Shown: piece after piece, positions 38,132 through 47,891 of the stretch
Position numbering within the stretch: position 1 is the first letter of the stretch
Layout of the letters: every line of letters starts with the position of its first letter
From: a virus
DNA length: 64,000 bases
Direction: 5' to 3' (one strand)
UHGV virus genome: UHGV-1882326
Notes under the pieces: model-generated
Databases searched by the model: none
What the model was told of the DNA's origin: nothing
The model's input: only the letters and a program-made list of their open reading frames with translations
Position numbers and translations under genes: made by a program

Positions 38132-39052
38132 TTAATCTTCTTTATTAGTAAGTCCACTAAATTTAAGACTTCCATCATCACTTGCGCTAAATTTAATATT
38201 AACGTCTGATACCATAGCACCGTTTTCATCAAGATAATACCAACTACCATTATCTTCTAACAGTCCTTTTCTCATAGCACCAGTATCGTCTAAATAATAC
38301 CATTTATTATGATACTTATACCAAGTGTTAGTTAAACAAACGCCCGCACCATCAAAATAATACCAATTATCTTTATATTCAAGCCATTGGTTAGAAATCA
38401 TACCACCATCACCAGACAAATAGTACCACTTTCCATCTTCATAAAACCATTGATTTGTGATTAATTTTCCCTCACCGTCCATAACGTACCAACGGTTATT
38501 ATCATTCACCCATGAATTTACTACAATAATTCCATTTCTATAATATCTCCATGAACCATTTACTTTAAAGAAACCGTTTTTATATTCAGTAACGGTATTC
38601 TCATAGATAATATCTTTAATCTTAAATGCTTTTTTCCAAGGCGTTGAGTTTAAGTTACTCTGAATAACTCCATAGTTGATACCTTTTGCTTCGATTACAT
38701 GGTTGCGGTCAAGTACAATGCCGATATGACCTTGCTTCCATACTGCATAACCCAATTTATCGTCTGTTAATTTAGACGGTGGGATTTTGCTGATACCAGT
38801 CTGTTCAAACTGACCTGAACCACGAATGATACCAGTATACCACGAAATCAATCCAGAACAGTCTACAGCTTCTTCACCTACCCACTGTAAAGCCTTATTA
38901 ATATAAGCCTGTGTATAAATATTTGGATATTGTCTAGCCCATGAATAAATCTTAGTTCTAGTAAGAATCTCACCTTTAGCACCATAAACGTAATGAACGC
39001 CTATCTTACTTTCGGCAAATTCCACTAAACCTTTTGCTGTTTTATTAGCCAT
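38132..39052 (-). CDS. endolysin: NlpC/P60-family peptidase with C-terminal choline-binding-type cell-wall-binding repeats
   Basis: Catalytic Cys context EAVDCSGLISWY and conserved His (HIGIV). Six or more tandem roughly 20-aa repeats (NNRWYVMDGEGKLITNQW / KWYYLSGDGGMISNQW / WYYFDGAGVCLTNTW ...) of the CW_binding_1 type. Confidence 0.75.
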   Translation of the reverse strand: MANKTAKGLVEFAESKIGVHYVYGAKGEILTRTKIYSWARQYPNIYTQAYINKALQWVGEEAVDCSGLISWYTGIIRGSGQFEQTGISKIPPSKLTDDKLGYAVWKQGHIGIVLDRNHVIEAKGINYGVIQSNLNSTPWKKAFKIKDIIYENTVTEYKNGFFKVNGSWRYYRNGIIVVNSWVNDNNRWYVMDGEGKLITNQWFYEDGKWYYLSGDGGMISNQWLEYKDNWYYFDGAGVCLTNTWYKYHNKWYYLDDTGAMRKGLLEDNGSWYYLDENGAMVSDVNIKFSASDDGSLKFSGLTNKED

Positions 39053-39346
39053 TATTCTATTTTCCTTTCATATGAATTTAGAAAGCTATATGCTTCTATT
39101 TACAATAATAACACATAGCTTTCTAAAAGTCAATAGATACACTTATGTTTTCTTCAATTCGTAAAGTGATATTGTTAATCATAAAAAATACGTCAAAAAA
39201 ATTTTTTCTTATATGAATTAATTACCGTATAACAAATTTAAAAAAATTCAAATATTTACTTTTTTGCCCTAAACAAATATAATTAAAACAAAAGCTGGCT
39301 TACCCGATAAAGTAAGTCAGCTAAAATCATAAGGAGGTATTATTCT

Positions 39347-39517
39347 ATGTTAATTATAGAAAACAAAACAACTCAAAAAATTTACCGTTATAATCTTGTT
39401 ATTGATAATTTAAAAGAATTGAGCAAATTTTTAAACGAAAATCCTGAAATGAAAAACTTAAATACATTTATAGACAAAGCAAATTTTCAAATTAAAACAA
39501 GGTTAGAAAGAGCTTAA
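39347..39517 (+). CDS. small ORF (56 aa), hypothetical
   Basis: ATG 39347 with RBS AAGGAGGT; preceded by a 10-bp hairpin. Below track cutoff. Convergent with 39514..39744. Confidence 0.25.
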   Translation: MLIIENKTTQKIYRYNLVIDNLKELSKFLNENPEMKNLNTFIDKANFQIKTRLERA

Positions 39518-39744
39518 ATAAAAAATCCGTACTTTTTAAATTCTTGCAATATATTATCAAAACATCCTTCACCATTTATTTCTGTTTCACTATTGCATAT
39601 TGGACAATTACAAACCATTTTTGATTTTTTAGTTAATTCTTGTGTTTTTATTGTAAAAATATGTTTGCATCCTTCTGTCTGGCACGGAATTTTAATTTCT
39701 GGTATCGTTTTGATAATGTCATTTATATTTATATCTCTGTTCAT
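39514..39744 (-). CDS. small Zn-ribbon protein (76 aa)
   Basis: CQTEGC...CNCPICN...C motif. Confidence 0.3.
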   Translation of the reverse strand: MNRDININDIIKTIPEIKIPCQTEGCKHIFTIKTQELTKKSKMVCNCPICNSETEINGEGCFDNILQEFKKYGFFI

Positions 39745-39801
39745 TTTTTTGCCACCTTTTTAATATTATTAGTATATACGTTTTAATTTTTAGTTTAAAT
39801 A

Positions 39802-40464
39802 TTACAAACCAGAATTATTTACATCTGGTTTGTAATTTATATCACGATATTGTATTACCATACCTACTTTATAATTTTGACTCGACATTGTAAGCATAAT
39901 TGATGTATTATCTTTTTTCCAAGTTGCTGTATATACAACATATCCATATTCTAATGCTTTTGAAGGACCGGCATGTTCAATTAGGTTTTCTTTTTCATTA
40001 GGCATAATTGTGTCTATACTAGGCGTTCCATATTTTTGAATAAGGGAATTTTTCAACGAATTATAAGCAGTTATAAATTGTCCACCGCTTGTATAATTCA
40101 AATTAAATAAATACAAACCCTCATATAATTTTTCATTTTCAAAATGATAAAATGTATAAGCATCATACCCACTTACGGTTGTTTCACCAAAAAGTCCACC
40201 GTTCTCCATAGGTTCCAAATTTATTTTGGTTTCATATTTTTTTACTGTGTCTGCATTATCACCCCAAATACTACTTCTAAATGTACATCCTTCTCGTTGT
40301 TCAATAATTTCCTCATCGGCTTCTGATGTAGGTTCGCTTTCTGTTTCTTCGGGTCTGGTAACAGTAGCTACCGTAGAAGTAACTCTTACGTTTGTTTTAG
40401 AAGAATTACAACCACCCAAAATAAATGTTGTACTCATCAATAATATTACAGCAATTTTTTTCAT
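39802..40464 (-). CDS. lipoprotein (220 aa)
   Basis: Lipoprotein signal MKKIAVILLMSTTFILGGC (lipobox LGGC). Ser/Thr/Glu-rich linker. Confidence 0.5.
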   Translation of the reverse strand: MKKIAVILLMSTTFILGGCNSSKTNVRVTSTVATVTRPEETESEPTSEADEEIIEQREGCTFRSSIWGDNADTVKKYETKINLEPMENGGLFGETTVSGYDAYTFYHFENEKLYEGLYLFNLNYTSGGQFITAYNSLKNSLIQKYGTPSIDTIMPNEKENLIEHAGPSKALEYGYVVYTATWKKDNTSIMLTMSSQNYKVGMVIQYRDINYKPDVNNSGL

Positions 40465-40475
40465 ACCTTTTTCTC

Positions 40476-41858
40476 CTATTTTAAAATATTTTCAAATAAT
40501 TTTTGTACATTCTTCAGTGAATGAGCATAAAACTCCATTAATTCAAATAAAGTAAGCACCCCAAATTCATAACCTGCATAAAGAACTACATAAGGTTGTA
40601 CTTGTGGCATATAGTTTTTTAATATAACAGGCAATGATTTTCCTAAATATTTTTCACCTTCTGGCAATAAGATATAAAGTTGATAAAACAGATAGCCAAA
40701 TAATACACATACAATATGAAATAAAATCATATTGAGTTTTGTACTCTTAAAATCTTCTATTTTCCAAAAATCTTTTAATTGCCTATAATCTTCTTCTATT
40801 TCTGGTCGCAATTCATAAATACGGACAATTTCCTTCGCTGATTTAGTAATGTCTGTAGTTATAAAAACAAAATAATTATCAAATTGTTTATCCCAAACAA
40901 CGCAGGTATTTATAGGAACATCATTTTCGGAAGTATCACTGTCCCAGTACATTCCCATACCTTCAACTAAAGATACAACTTGATTTTTTCTTTTAAAATT
41001 AGGGTGCGGTTTCCAGATGTTTTGTTCTTTTGCGCTTAAAATAGCTTGTTGATAAGCTACCATATTCTTCCTTAAAGGGATATATGTGTCTACGTTTCTT
41101 TCTACTTTAAGAAAATTCATCAATTCTCTTGACATAAAGCCTCTGTCATTAATTAAAATATCCCCAGGTTTCAATACAGGAGAAGTTCTAACCATTTCTT
41201 CACTTAGGTTTAGATCGTGGCTTTGGATGCTTCCAAAACGTATATCTTCAATTAAACCAACATCTTTAACAATTCCTCTAAGGGTAGCAAGTTTATAACC
41301 TCTTGTAAGTTTATTGTCACGCTTACTATGGCTTATTCCCGACATTTCATAATTGGAATTTTTAAAATTTACTTCTAAATCAGTACAGTCTAATATGTGT
41401 ATATTAGGTTCTATATTTAATAGAGGGAGAATACCTTTTTGAATTGTGTAAATATAACCATTTATAAATAATTCAGCGTCATATTTTCCTAATAAAAATC
41501 TTAAACTTCCTTCTTGCATTAACCCATTCTTTAAATTACCAGAGTCATCTATAAGAGTATATCCTAACTCAGCTAAAGTTTTATGGTCGTTAAGAGCGTA
41601 AGGAATGTCAGTAAGACTTGTCTGAACACGCATTTTAGCCGCAATAGCACTAGCCCAAATTAACTTATAAGGGATTGTTGTGTTATCTGCTCTGAAATCT
41701 GGTATATATTTTTCTAAGCAGTTAAAAATATTACATGAATTTATTTTCAATATAATATCGTCAATTAAATTTGTAGTGCTAAGGGCAACAGCGTCCAGTT
41801 GACCACTGCGTATTTTATCAAGGATATTTTCTTGATTATACTTGCACAATCTAATCAT
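40476..41858 (-). mobile_element. IS4-family DDE transposase gene (460 aa)
   Basis: DDE candidates HILDCTD, LINDRGFMS and the IS4 YREK signature IYELRPEIEEDYRQLK. RBS GGAGGTGAG. IS terminal inverted repeats not identified. Confidence 0.65.
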
Positions 41859-41987
41859 ATTCTCACCTCCTTCCTTACTTTTATTATACTATAAGTATAT
41901 CAAAAAGTCTACTATTAGAGCAACTTTCGATATTCCAACAGTGTAACAAATTCATTGTATAGTTGTACAATAAGGAGAGATAATCAT

Positions 41988-42431
41988 ATGGTTCTAATAG
42001 GGGCGAAAATCAAGGAATTACGCAATTCATGTAAATTTACACAAAAAGAATTGGCTGATTTAGTTGGTGTAACAAAATCTACTATTGCGGCATATGAGAA
42101 CGATAGTCGAACACCGTCTTTTGAAGTGTTAATAAAACTAGCCACTGTTTTTCATGTTACAACAGATACTATATTATTAAATCGTTCTGGTTCGATTTTA
42201 GAAGTTGACGGATTAACACCGGAACAAATACACATTATAAAAATTATTATTGATAGTTTTTGCAAAAGTAATCTTGTCACAAAGGCATTTGAGGATAATT
42301 CATTGGATATTCTTGAAACAATGTTGAATTTTAAAAGAATTGCTGACGATCAGGAACCTTTAATAGAAAAAAATATGTTGGAATTATCGTCTGACCTAAG
42401 TAAAATAATAAAAAAGAAGAAAAAGAAATAA
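41988..42431 (+). CDS. XRE-family helix-turn-helix transcriptional regulator (Cro/CI-like)
   Basis: HTH IKELRNSCKFTQKELADLVGVTKSTIAAYENDSRTPSFEVLIKLATVF. RBS AAGGAGAG. Divergent from the transposase. Confidence 0.65.
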   Translation: MVLIGAKIKELRNSCKFTQKELADLVGVTKSTIAAYENDSRTPSFEVLIKLATVFHVTTDTILLNRSGSILEVDGLTPEQIHIIKIIIDSFCKSNLVTKAFEDNSLDILETMLNFKRIADDQEPLIEKNMLELSSDLSKIIKKKKKK

Positions 42432-42464
42432 CTCCCCATTTTGAATATTAGGGAGTTATTTTAC
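42430..42464. terminator. bidirectional terminator between the XRE regulator and the tail-fibre gene
   Basis: AACTCCCC-ATTTTGAATATTA-GGGAGTT followed by ATTTTA; T-rich on the opposite strand too. Confidence 0.45.
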
Positions 42465-42486
42465 TTTACGAATTGAAGTTATGTTT

Positions 42487-44145
42487 TTACTGATTCTTTA
42501 TCCACACAAGTCTTACTTTACAGTTGCAAGTTTTATCATCGCCTTGGGATTTAAGATAAATTAAAGCGTTATAAGTGCCATCTGGTGTTATATCTAAAGA
42601 GCAATGACCTACAAATGGGTTAGTATCGTCAATAACCAAAGTAGCAGATATTGGAGTATAGCCACTTTGCATTGCTAAATCATAACTATACCATTGTTCC
42701 TCACCACTTGCGATTGTCAATTCATAAGCAACATCTGTATATTTAATAATAGAATTTACAGTATTTGCGACTTGATTTTCGTCAAAAGTCATTTTCCAAG
42801 CGTTCAGACTTTCAACGTCATGCTGACACCTTTCAAATGAATCTGCTAATGTTTTAAACTGATTATAATTTACTGCGTCATTTTTCTGTTGTCCTGCTCT
42901 AATACCTCTTAAAATCACGTCTTGATTTGTGTCACCAGTATGAACACCAGTAATAACTTTTACATATTCTGGAACTTTTGTATCAGTATTGATAGAAGCC
43001 TGTGAAGTTTCTCTAATAAAATATGTGTTATTTGCACTATCATTAATCCCACCATAAATCTCTACAGCAGAAGTATTGATTAATTTATACTGTTTCATAT
43101 CCAAGTCTTTATTTGGAACAAAATCACTTGGCAAATGAGTTTCAAAATACTTTTTATTAACGGCATCAGTATCTTGAATAGGGGTATCTACACCTCTAAC
43201 AATAACTGGATTGCCGTTTTTGTCAGTTAAATCTAATATACCACTTGCTTCGTCACCATTTACAGTAAGATTAATACACATATTGGCGTTATCAGCTTTC
43301 TGAATGGTAACTTGATTTTCCGTAACAGAATTTACAATATCATCAACATATTTCTTATTAACAGCCATATTATCACCAGTAGGTTCAGCAACACCATCTA
43401 TTTGAACTGGTGCAAGTGTTCCATCTTGAACGCCTTTAGGATAAGTACCAACCAGTAAATGATATTCCTCACCAGTCATGGCAGAAGTTATAAAAGGAAC
43501 TAATCTACCGTCTGTTAATGATACTGGGTCAGCAAAATAAAATCTATCCCCACTGTCCATTACCATAGAATTTTTAAATACATAAGCCAAGTCATTTTGA
43601 CCTAAAACAAACTCCTCTTGCCCGCTATCCAAAACTGGATTATGCTCAATTCCATATTCTTTTATGTTATCAGCATATTTCTTATTTACGGTATCATTAT
43701 CATTTGTTGGCGTATCAATTCCCCTAAGTTTAATATCTTTCTTTGTCTTAGGATTAGATAATTCAACAGTAGTTCCGTTATCAATTTCACTTGTAATTTC
43801 GTGAGGAATGATACCAACATATCCAGTTTCACCTAATGTCAATTCACTTGCATTTTCAACTTGATAACCAGACATATTTATAGCACCTTGCATAGTACCA
43901 CCAGATAACGGCAAGTAATCACCAGTAGCAGTCGTTCCACCACCCGTTGTAACAGAAGTAACAGAACTTATCTTTTTCCATACGCCATTTTCTTTATCCC
44001 AACGGTACTCTTGCATATTATTATCAACTTCATAAAAAGCACTACCGTTAGGAACATCTTCTGTTGGTTTTACATCTGTGGTATTGCCGTAAAATTCTGT
44101 AAAAATTGTGCCGTTAGCACCACCAACTTTGTTTACTGTTCTCAT
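42487..44145 (-). CDS. tail fibre protein with repeated D(A/T)VNKKY(A/V/F)D fibre motifs
   Basis: Three copies of NDxVNKKYxDxI-type motif (DTVNKKYADNI, MAVNKKYVDDI, DAVNKKYFETHL) typical of phage tail-fibre repeats. Gly/Thr-rich N-terminal part. Confidence 0.55.
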   Translation of the reverse strand: MRTVNKVGGANGTIFTEFYGNTTDVKPTEDVPNGSAFYEVDNNMQEYRWDKENGVWKKISSVTSVTTGGGTTATGDYLPLSGGTMQGAINMSGYQVENASELTLGETGYVGIIPHEITSEIDNGTTVELSNPKTKKDIKLRGIDTPTNDNDTVNKKYADNIKEYGIEHNPVLDSGQEEFVLGQNDLAYVFKNSMVMDSGDRFYFADPVSLTDGRLVPFITSAMTGEEYHLLVGTYPKGVQDGTLAPVQIDGVAEPTGDNMAVNKKYVDDIVNSVTENQVTIQKADNANMCINLTVNGDEASGILDLTDKNGNPVIVRGVDTPIQDTDAVNKKYFETHLPSDFVPNKDLDMKQYKLINTSAVEIYGGINDSANNTYFIRETSQASINTDTKVPEYVKVITGVHTGDTNQDVILRGIRAGQQKNDAVNYNQFKTLADSFERCQHDVESLNAWKMTFDENQVANTVNSIIKYTDVAYELTIASGEEQWYSYDLAMQSGYTPISATLVIDDTNPFVGHCSLDITPDGTYNALIYLKSQGDDKTCNCKVRLVWIKNQ

Positions 44146-44229
44146 TTACGAACCCCTTTCTAATTTATGATAACAAAAAGAGAGGAACTATTATTAATTC
44201 CTCTCCATTGTAATATATTTATTTAATTA

Positions 44230-44409
44230 TCAATCCTTAACAAGTCTTTGGGTCTGAGGTCTTACACGTTCATCTGTTTTACCAGTTGCAGGGCCAGTTG
44301 TTACATAGGTTGTATCCTGTGCGCCCTTTGGTCTTTTAGTCTGTGCTAAATCATTTGCCATCTGTTCCTTGGTTCTATGGTCTGCATGCTTTCCAGTTGC
44401 TACTGCCAT
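44230..44409 (-). CDS. small hydrophilic protein (59 aa from internal ATG with RBS AAGGAGGT); locally GC-rich
   Basis: MAVATGKHADHRTKEQ... with no hydrophobic core. GC visibly higher than flanks. Confidence 0.3.
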   Translation of the reverse strand: MAVATGKHADHRTKEQMANDLAQTKRPKGAQDTTYVTTGPATGKTDERVRPQTQRLVKD

Positions 44410-44589
44410 AATAATTACCTCCTTTAAGGTTAATATACAGAAATACATAATTTTTAAAATAGTTTTAGAACAATTTTTATAGCACTTTATTTTTCATTTA
44501 AAACAGTAAGTCTGTAAACTTTCTATATGAATTGTTCTTTATTTATAATACTACTTGTCACCTTATTTGTCAAGCGAATTTTAATCACT

Positions 44590-45150
44590 TTATGATAATT
44601 TTATCCATTTACTTGTAGTTGGAATTTCATCTTCAACACTTGTCAACATAATTCCATTATCATCATTCTCAAATGAATTAGTAACAGCCGTTTCCTCACC
44701 AATTTCCTCTTTATCCTTAGAATTGGACACATGAGTTACTACAGCCTTGTATAACTCACCGTACTCGTTAGTAACCCTATCTCCCTCTTTATATTCAACG
44801 CCCTCAGTCCATACTGGATAGAGTTCTGGAACTTCTACGGCTTGTTCGTCTGTGAAATTCTGTGCTGATAATTTAGCTGTTTTATAAAGGGTCTTATTAA
44901 TTTGTTGTAAAGTCGCAACTTGCTGTTCTTGTGTTGGAACGTAAGCAATTTCATTATCTTCTAAGTCATAAAACTTGCCGTTTTTATATTTGCAACCTAT
45001 AAAACAAGGGTATTGTAAACAGTCTACTGCGATAGCTTCATTGCCGTAAGTACCTCTTGCAATCTGATTAGCAAGTTCATAATTGTCGCATACAATAATA
45101 TTCTGTACAGTTTCCTCATGTACAATAGCAAAAACTTGATGTACAATCAT
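44590..45150 (-). CDS. hypothetical tail-associated protein with C-terminal CBM5/12-like motif
   Basis: YPVWTEGVEYKEGDRVTNEYGELYKAVVTH resembles a chitin-binding-domain-3 / CBM5_12 pattern. Own RBS GAAAGGA. Confidence 0.3.
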   Translation of the reverse strand: MIVHQVFAIVHEETVQNIIVCDNYELANQIARGTYGNEAIAVDCLQYPCFIGCKYKNGKFYDLEDNEIAYVPTQEQQVATLQQINKTLYKTAKLSAQNFTDEQAVEVPELYPVWTEGVEYKEGDRVTNEYGELYKAVVTHVSNSKDKEEIGEETAVTNSFENDDNGIMLTSVEDEIPTTSKWIKLS

Positions 45151-45175
45151 ATCATTTCTATCCTTTCATTCTATA

Positions 45176-45421
45176 TTAATAAGCGAAAATACTATTCACT
45201 GTTAAAGTGCCAGTTTGTTGGGCTTGTGGATTAGTGGTATAAAAAGTTGTACCAGTTAATACTTGATTTACATTGGCGTTACCAGTTAATTCAAGAGTTC
45301 CAATTTGTTCATCATCAGAACCTAAACCAAGAAAGATATAACCTTTCATAACTTCTGATTTGGTTGCAGTCAATTCAGAAGTATCAACGCCACCAGATAT
45401 AAAATTATTAATTATAGCCAT
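45176..45421 (-). CDS. 81-aa protein paralogous to the N-terminal module of the downstream 445-aa glycine-rich fibre protein
   Basis: Aligns residue-by-residue with 45437..46774 N-terminus (KGY.F.G..SDD.Q.GTLELTGNA....V..G.TFY.T). Confidence 0.4.
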   Translation of the reverse strand: MAIINNFISGGVDTSELTATKSEVMKGYIFLGLGSDDEQIGTLELTGNANVNQVLTGTTFYTTNPQAQQTGTLTVNSIFAY

Positions 45422-45436
45422 ATGATACTCCTTTCT

Positions 45437-46774
45437 TTATTTGAAACGGATAAGGATAATTCCAGAACCACCAGTACCACCGTCCCTACCACTATAAGCA
45501 TAGCCACCACCGCCACCACCTGCTCCACCACCAGTATTAGCAGAACCATTGCCGCCCGCACTAGCGAAAATGTAATCTGGTTCACTAGAAGAACCTCCAC
45601 TTCTATAGGTGCCATTACCACCATGACCGCCACCTATAGAACCACCAGAGCCGCCCCAGTTACCCGGTGTTAAAGCACCTAATCCTTGTCCACCAGAACC
45701 ACCACCGCCAGAATAAACAGTACCAGAACTTTCACCAAATGGGCGAGTTGTTGTTCCTTGACCTAATCCTTGACTATTTGTGACACCAGGACTATTACCA
45801 CCATTGCCACCATTACTACCGCCATTATTTCCATAAGTATATCCATACGTTGAACCACCTACTCCACCGCCACTACCGCCACAACTAGCACGATAATATG
45901 GTGAAGTAGTTTCACCGTCACCGCCATATCCACCAGAAGCAGTACATAATGTAGTTCCGCTTCTTGTTACAGAAGTAGTGCCACCAGTACCCCCATTAGC
46001 GCCGCCACCGCCACCAATAGAGCATACTAAAGTTTGTCCAGAAGATACACTAACATTAGAAGCAGTTTTAGTGTAGCCACCACCGCCACCACCGCCACCA
46101 TAAGTTGAATTTCTATCTCGACTTTCTCCATGCCCACCACCGCCACCACCACCAACACAAAATATATCAACTTGACTATATCCACTTGGTACAGTTACAT
46201 TTGTACTACTTGTAATCGTCTGTGTATATGTACTACCACTTACAATATTACCTTGTATTGGTGTTCCTATCAATTCCCCATTACTTGTCACACAATAACT
46301 ATACACACTTATGTAATACCTAGTTCCAAGATTAGGAAACCCCAAAGTAACACTACTTCTACCACCACTTGTAGTATTATTTCCAGTACCTTTATAAATC
46401 TGAGTACCACCAGTCCCAGGATTTCCACTTGTGCTATATTTAACATATACACCACTATAAGGTCTACCAGTAGTTTGTATAGGGTTAGACCAAGTAACAG
46501 TAATATTTCTACCACTAGAAACAGCTAAGTTTAAATTACTTACATTACCAACTTCCATTATGCCAGTAACCTTAATTTTAGCGTCTGTATTATAAAACGT
46601 AGCACCTTTGATAACATGACTTTCTATAGCGTTTCCAGTCAGTTCCAATGTGCCAGTTTGTATATCGTCACTATCTTTTCCTACGAATGTATATCCTTTT
46701 AATACATTATTTGGTTCAGCAGTTGCAATATCAGAACTACCACCACCAGTAGGAAATCTATTCATAATTGACAT
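45437..46774 (-). CDS. glycine-rich tail fibre / receptor-binding protein
   Basis: Conserved N-terminal docking-like module, then beta-rich region, then long Gly-rich C-terminal domain (GGGGGGGHGES...GGGGGGGGYT...GGSGGGVGG...). Confidence 0.45.
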   Translation of the reverse strand: MSIMNRFPTGGGSSDIATAEPNNVLKGYTFVGKDSDDIQTGTLELTGNAIESHVIKGATFYNTDAKIKVTGIMEVGNVSNLNLAVSSGRNITVTWSNPIQTTGRPYSGVYVKYSTSGNPGTGGTQIYKGTGNNTTSGGRSSVTLGFPNLGTRYYISVYSYCVTSNGELIGTPIQGNIVSGSTYTQTITSSTNVTVPSGYSQVDIFCVGGGGGGGHGESRDRNSTYGGGGGGGGYTKTASNVSVSSGQTLVCSIGGGGGANGGTGGTTSVTRSGTTLCTASGGYGGDGETTSPYYRASCGGSGGGVGGSTYGYTYGNNGGSNGGNGGNSPGVTNSQGLGQGTTTRPFGESSGTVYSGGGGSGGQGLGALTPGNWGGSGGSIGGGHGGNGTYRSGGSSSEPDYIFASAGGNGSANTGGGAGGGGGGYAYSGRDGGTGGSGIILIRFK

Positions 46775-46801
46775 AAAATCACCTCTTTTTGTTAATAAAA
46801 C

Positions 46802-47167
46802 TTATCCAATAATCAGCACTTGGATGGGTAAATCTTCCGTTGGCTTATTCTTATAAGCTGTAAGAGTAATCTGATTTTCTGCTTGTGCTGTACACTGAAT
46901 GATACATTTCATGGATAGTTTAATTTGGTCTAAGGTTGCATTTGAAGCTAAACCAACCTCAATATTATTCTCAGCCGTAACACCATTTACTGTTAAAGTT
47001 AATGTATATGGTGCATTATCACCTTGCCAATCTGCACTAGGAGCATTTACTTGCACACTTACAGATTTAAAAGCACCATTTTCTACATTTTTTATTTTAG
47101 TCTGAGGATATAATTGGTCATATCCAGTATCAGTTTTTACATTCATTTCTATGTTATAACTTGCCAT
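46802..47167 (-). CDS. hypothetical tail protein (start at internal MASYNIEM)
   Basis: ORF; internal start avoids overlap with the upstream gene. Confidence 0.3.
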   Translation of the reverse strand: MASYNIEMNVKTDTGYDQLYPQTKIKNVENGAFKSVSVQVNAPSADWQGDNAPYTLTLTVNGVTAENNIEVGLASNATLDQIKLSMKCIIQCTAQAENQITLTAYKNKPTEDLPIQVLIIG

Positions 47168-47187
47168 ATTTTCACCAACTTTCTTTA

Positions 47188-47877
47188 TTAAACTTCGATA
47201 GATAAAATTTTCCACCATTGACCACCAACTTCTAATTGTTCGTCAGTTGGTTCTGTTTCAGATACAATAACTCTTGCTTTTGGAAACTTCATAAATACCT
47301 GCCATGTGCTAGGTGTGGTATCTGGTTGAACATTTGTATTCGCTTTTAAAGCAATATACATTACATTTTCATAAGTAACAACGTCATTAATAGCATAATT
47401 TACTGTTTTATCCCAAACATCTTTTAACTGAACGTCAATACTTGTCGCACCAACCTCACCTTTTAAGCCAATCAACACCCAGTATTCCATATCAGTAGGC
47501 AGATTTCCAGTTGATTGTTTTAAACACATATAAACTTGTTTGTCATAAACAACAAAGTTATACATTTCATATTGTATATCAGCTTGATATTCTTTCTTAT
47601 TTATGTAATTATTAAGCATTGTCTGAAATAATTGTTCATCTTCTGCAAGTTTAACCTCTACTGCATTGTAATATAAATTCTGTAAATATTCAAGAGCCGT
47701 ATGAATCATATTGAAACATATTGGCATAACCGTTTCAGAATCAATGTCATCATTGTTCATAATTAACGCTAATGCTTGACTAAAATAACCCTCTCTAAAA
47801 TATTGAGAAAACTGTTGCATTAAGTTTCTATTACTTAATGATAAGTCTTGCCAACGTCTGACTTCAAAACTTGCCAT
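47188..47877 (-). CDS. tail protein with C-terminal CBM5/12 (ChtBD3)-like carbohydrate-binding motif
   Basis: AINDVVTYENVMYIALKANTNVQPDTTPSTWQV matches the W/Y...G..V.Y.G..Y.....N...P.....W pattern. Confidence 0.4.
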   Translation of the reverse strand: MASFEVRRWQDLSLSNRNLMQQFSQYFREGYFSQALALIMNNDDIDSETVMPICFNMIHTALEYLQNLYYNAVEVKLAEDEQLFQTMLNNYINKKEYQADIQYEMYNFVVYDKQVYMCLKQSTGNLPTDMEYWVLIGLKGEVGATSIDVQLKDVWDKTVNYAINDVVTYENVMYIALKANTNVQPDTTPSTWQVFMKFPKARVIVSETEPTDEQLEVGGQWWKILSIEV

Positions 47878-47891
47878 ATTTTTTTCCTTTC

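Noticed and set aside
40476-41990. Complete IS element with defined inverted repeats and target-site duplication
   Set aside because: The transposase is convincing, but I could not locate terminal inverted repeats on either side. The lipoprotein gene starts 12 nt after the transposase stop. Reported as a transposase gene with undefined boundaries rather than a delimited IS.
45176-46774. Diversity-generating retroelement targeting the tail-fibre paralogs
   Set aside because: No reverse transcriptase ORF anywhere in the window. The paralogs are similar only at protein level (about 45%), not near-identical template/variable repeats.
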